Below are positions 41,483 to 43,920 of a stretch of 43,920 bases of DNA, one piece after another. The DNA comes from a virus, in the IMG/VR virus record IMGVR_UViG_3300031669_000066, positions 1-43,920 of that record; one strand, written 5' to 3'. Every line of letters begins with the position of its first letter. The first letter of the stretch is position 1. Below the pieces are notes generated by a model. That model was given only the letters and a program-made list of their open reading frames with translations. It was not told the DNA's origin and ran no database searches. The translations under genes were made by a program, and so were the position numbers.

Positions 41483-42082
41483 TTAGTGCTTGTGCTTCCC
41501 ATGGTGCGCAGAGGCTTCAGCTTCAGCCGGGGTTTCCAGTTCACCGAGCAGTGCAGCAGTATCGACCTTGACCTTCTTGCTGCCCTTGTTCTTCTCGGCC
41601 TCGATGCGGGAAATGATGGCGGAGATACCAGGGGCACCGCGCAATGCCAATTTCTGAGCGGGGGTCTTCGCGGCCAGGAATGCTTTGATGACCTCAACAG
41701 GCTTGCCGGTGTGCTCGACCAAGGCCTTCGCCAGAATGCTTGCGCCGGTCAATGCAGAAGCTTCACGCTTCACGCCCCATTCGCCCTTGGACAGACGCTC
41801 GTGCAGTTCATCAACTGCCAGAATCATGTCGTCAACATCCTTGACACCGGCAGTTTCATCGCCGTACTTGCTTTCAGCACCGTGGGCAGCGAACTGGTTC
41901 ATCAAGGCAGAGTTCAGGTCAAAAGAGCGAGTTTCACCGTTGACGAAATCCAGGCGCAGGGTAATACCGCCGTCTTCATTGACCTTGGAAGTTTTGATCA
42001 TCTGCCGCTTACCGGCGAAGCGAACTTCAGTACCGTCGGTCATCTTTACCATCTTTGCATTGCTCATAGCTTCAGTTGTCAT
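41483..42082 (-). CDS. Hypothetical protein (199 aa), paralog of 3728..4318
   Basis: See 3728..4318. Own terminator and adjacent palindrome in the same order and spacing as its paralog. Confidence 0.75.
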   Translation of the reverse strand: MTTEAMSNAKMVKMTDGTEVRFAGKRQMIKTSKVNEDGGITLRLDFVNGETRSFDLNSALMNQFAAHGAESKYGDETAGVKDVDDMILAVDELHERLSKGEWGVKREASALTGASILAKALVEHTGKPVEVIKAFLAAKTPAQKLALRGAPGISAIISRIEAEKNKGSKKVKVDTAALLGELETPAEAEASAHHGKHKH

Positions 42083-42244
42083 TGCTCTTTACCTTTTGAG
42101 GTACTCACTTTTACGGAAGGTGTCAGGTGTGAGGTAGGAACCTGTCGTATTGAGATTGCATCATACCATTGAGGGCGAGAGCTGTGCAAGAGGTTTTTGC
42201 ATAACTCACGCAGATATGGTGGAATACTGCCATAGAGAGTTGGC

Positions 42245-42607
42245 CTAATTTTTGCTTTCCCTCTCCTCCCGCAGTTTCCGAAGGCGCTCTAGGGCGGAGT
42301 TGATTGCTGGAGCAGAGGTTGTTGGGGAAGTGTCGGAGTCCTTTACTGCTGCCGCAAGGAGTTGGGTGTCCCAGGCCTCACTTCGTGGTATCCAGAGTAG
42401 CTCTGCCTCGCGCACTACGAGTTCCAGATTATCGCAGTAGGGCACGAGGTCAGAATCTTCGCTGCGCAGGGCTTTGAAGTAGGAGTAGACTTTGCGGCGG
42501 AGATTGTTGGCCTCAGCTCGGGAGGTGCAAGGGACGCAAACAGTGCCTTCAGCGGTAGAGCGAAGGAGATCTGGATACAGTGGGCCGTAGCTGGCAGAAG
42601 ATTTCAT
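42245..42607 (-). CDS. Hypothetical protein (120 aa from MKSSASYGPLY...)
   Basis: Track ORF 42245..42649 trimmed to the ATG at 42607 (TAATG overlap with the upstream gene). Confidence 0.55.
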   Translation of the reverse strand: MKSSASYGPLYPDLLRSTAEGTVCVPCTSRAEANNLRRKVYSYFKALRSEDSDLVPYCDNLELVVREAELLWIPRSEAWDTQLLAAAVKDSDTSPTTSAPAINSALERLRKLREERESKN

Positions 42608-42837
42608 TACAGAACCACTCCGGCATAGGCCATATCCCGAACTTCCCATAGGGCGTCTGGTACAGCTGGCCCCGTGCTTCTATCATGTGCGAAGTCTCCT
42701 ATATCGCCTAGACATGACTGCAATCTGTCGATACGAGTTTCGGCCTCTGATAAAGCAGCTACGGCTTTCAGTAATAAAACTCTGTGCGGCGGTGTTGCAG
42801 CATCTGCAGCTGCTTCCAATTCTTCAATCAGGTTCAT
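42607..42837 (-). CDS. Ead/Ea22-like small protein (76 aa)
   Basis: N-terminus MNLIEELEAAADAATPP matches the neighbouring MNLLEKIEAALDCATPP and the LEAA..ATP motif of Ead/Ea22-like phage proteins. Confidence 0.55.
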   Translation of the reverse strand: MNLIEELEAAADAATPPHRVLLLKAVAALSEAETRIDRLQSCLGDIGDFAHDRSTGPAVPDALWEVRDMAYAGVVL

Positions 42838-42908
42838 AGTAATCTCCAGTATGTCGTGACCTTGGTTGTTATAAGTGCCCTACTGGTAAACGGTTCTTTG
42901 CGCGCCAC

Positions 42909-43250
42909 TCATGATTCACCTCGCGCGGCTTTGAGTTCATCCAGCAGGTCATCGGCCCGATTTGCATTATGCTCGCACTGTCCGCAGGAACTCCAGTAAT
43001 CAGGCTTTTCGGGGGTTTGCCCTTGGACATGAGTAATGAACTCCACAAGGGAGTCGGGCACCAACTGCATCCCATCAGGAACTTTCTGCCCGTCTTGCTT
43101 CCCCTTGTAGTAGCCATCCATGTGCGCGATCAGCAGCAACTCTTCGTATTCGCCTGCTGCGCGCACATATGCCTCGCACTCGCGCAAAAGATCAGACATT
43201 GGCGGTGTTGCGCAGTCTAAAGCTGCTTCAATTTTTTCAAGTAGGTTCAT
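42909..43250 (-). CDS. Ead/Ea22-like small protein (113 aa)
   Basis: Shared N-terminal module with 42607..42837; C-terminal ADDLLDELK. Confidence 0.6.
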   Translation of the reverse strand: MNLLEKIEAALDCATPPMSDLLRECEAYVRAAGEYEELLLIAHMDGYYKGKQDGQKVPDGMQLVPDSLVEFITHVQGQTPEKPDYWSSCGQCEHNANRADDLLDELKAARGES

Positions 43251-43295
43251 GGTTTTTCCTCTGTGTTATACACCTGAATAGGTGTCTATTGCTTG

Positions 43296-43709
43296 TTATG
43301 CCCCAACAAGCGCGCACCTGATTCCCTGCGCATCAGCAAGGGCGTTGTGAGGTATGGCCGATTCCGCGTCTATCCGTACCACCTCCATTGTCAGGGGTGG
43401 CGTGTCCAATCTATAGCCGGGGCCAGTGATTAACGCCTGGCAAAAATGCGCAATATCTTCCGGCCAATCAGCAACAACATGAACGGCGTCAAACTGTGCC
43501 AGCCACGCATGTAAACTGCGCTGCATTTCTCCCACGCTCACGGGTTGCTTTCCTAATATCGGCATCACATTTAACGCAACCCATGGGCCGGGGTTATCGC
43601 ACGGCACAACCTCATACCATTCACGCCCATCCTCAGACACCAAGGCCATTGAAATCAGCGCCCCCTTGAACTCATTAAATTCACAATCTAAAAACAAATT
43701 CACGTTCAT
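43296..43709 (-). CDS. DEDDh 3'-5' exonuclease (DnaQ/RNase T-like, 137 aa)
   Basis: Exo I LDCEFNEF, Exo II-like VVADWPEDI, Exo III HNALADA. Confidence 0.7.
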   Translation of the reverse strand: MNVNLFLDCEFNEFKGALISMALVSEDGREWYEVVPCDNPGPWVALNVMPILGKQPVSVGEMQRSLHAWLAQFDAVHVVADWPEDIAHFCQALITGPGYRLDTPPLTMEVVRIDAESAIPHNALADAQGIRCALVGA

Positions 43710-43722
43710 CTCCTATGGTTGC

Positions 43723-43805
43723 AGGGCATAACAAGGCGCTGAACCTCGCTCCCTGTGGTCGCTGGACTGCCGCAAGCGGCAGCCGGTTAGCTCTACGTTA
43801 TGCCC
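43723..43805 (-). promoter_or_regulatory. Structured intergenic element: 8-bp outer stem (GGGCATAA/TTATGCCC) enclosing a 6-bp stem with a CUUG tetraloop
   Basis: Minus strand GGGCATAA-N66-TTATGCCC; inner CTGCCG-CTTG-CGGCAG. Spans from the stop of the junction ORF to just before the SD of the exonuclease gene. Confidence 0.45.
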
Positions 43806-43920
43806 CTTGGAATTTCTCGTTGATTTCGTCCGTTTTATCTTGCAATGCTTTGCACATTCCGAAGTATGTTGCATTCGCCAAAATTGCAGGCTTCCCGTCA
43901 AGCGTTTCTTCGGCCCATAT
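43798..43920 (-). CDS. C-terminal part of the junction-spanning 59-aa ORF (43842..43920 duplicates 1..79)
   Basis: Same reading frame as 1..136; stop TAA at 43800..43798. The 62-aa track ORF 43713..43901 is in a different frame and looks spurious. Confidence 0.5.
   Translation of the reverse strand: MWAEETLDGKPAILANATYFGMCKALQDKTDEINEKFQGA
43842..43920. repeat. Second copy of the 79-bp terminal overlap
   Basis: Identical to 1..79. Confidence 0.9.

Noticed and set aside
43723-43805. Possible tRNA (acceptor-like 8-bp stem, about 82 nt)
   Set aside because: No D-arm, no anticodon arm of the right geometry, no T-loop (GTTCRA) and no CCA or discriminator context can be drawn. It is kept only as a generic structured element.
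43842-43920. 79-bp terminal repeat as a biological direct terminal repeat
   Set aside because: It interrupts a coding ORF and its exact length is in the range of an assembler overlap. It is more parsimoniously a circular-assembly artefact, though this cannot be decided without reads.
1-43920. Temperate lifestyle (integrase, CI-like repressor, attP)
   Set aside because: No tyrosine or serine recombinase motifs, excisionase or CI/Cro-like pair was recognised. Absence from motif reading is not proof, so lifestyle is left open but treated as probably virulent.

Overview
The window is a complete, circularly closed dsDNA phage genome. Bases 1..79 are identical to 43842..43920, so the unit length is 43,841 bp, and one small gene is split across the window ends. 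No homology search was possible; all calls rest on motifs read in the ORF track and on manual reading of the DNA.

Architecture: two divergent arms leave a roughly 1-kb non-coding control region (4859..5853). That region carries near-consensus sigma70-type promoters facing left (4911..4938) and right (5554..5581).

The plus arm (5854..30645) encodes:
- two paralogous HTH (small-terminase-like) proteins, large terminase and portal;
- a GroES-like co-chaperonin, scaffold and major capsid protein;
- a P22 gp4-like adaptor and a 2OG/Fe(II) oxygenase-cupin fusion;
- three internal/ejection proteins and a PurD-like ATP-grasp enzyme in its own cassette;
- tail fibre genes, holin, GH108 endolysin, a P22 gp10-like hub and a 3TM holin.

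The minus arm runs 4858 down to 136, wraps, then continues from 43709 down to 30825. It encodes:
- early genes, including an HNH-AP2 endonuclease, a wHTH protein and a C5-MTase-like protein;
- a DEDDh exonuclease, Ead/Ea22-like small proteins and an RHH protein;
- an SF1B helicase, a Cas4-like PD-(D/E)XK nuclease, an AAA_24-like ATPase and an SSB-like protein;
- a ParB-DNA methyltransferase fusion, a PolA with an N-terminal family-4 UDG-like domain, and a signal-peptide outer-membrane-type protein.

No tRNA, CRISPR array, integrase or phage RNA polymerase was recognised. Gene content looks podovirus-like, with a P22-type adaptor and hub, no tape measure and no tail tube.

The most striking unexplained signal is a 12-copy, strictly intergenic 40-44 bp palindrome family with an invariant TTACTC-NN-GAGTAA core. 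It sits at every module boundary on both arms. It brackets the ATP-grasp cassette and a 540-bp ORF-free segment, and it is physically associated with a three-member protein family sharing a C-terminal D-T-x-A-L-L-x-E-L-E tail.
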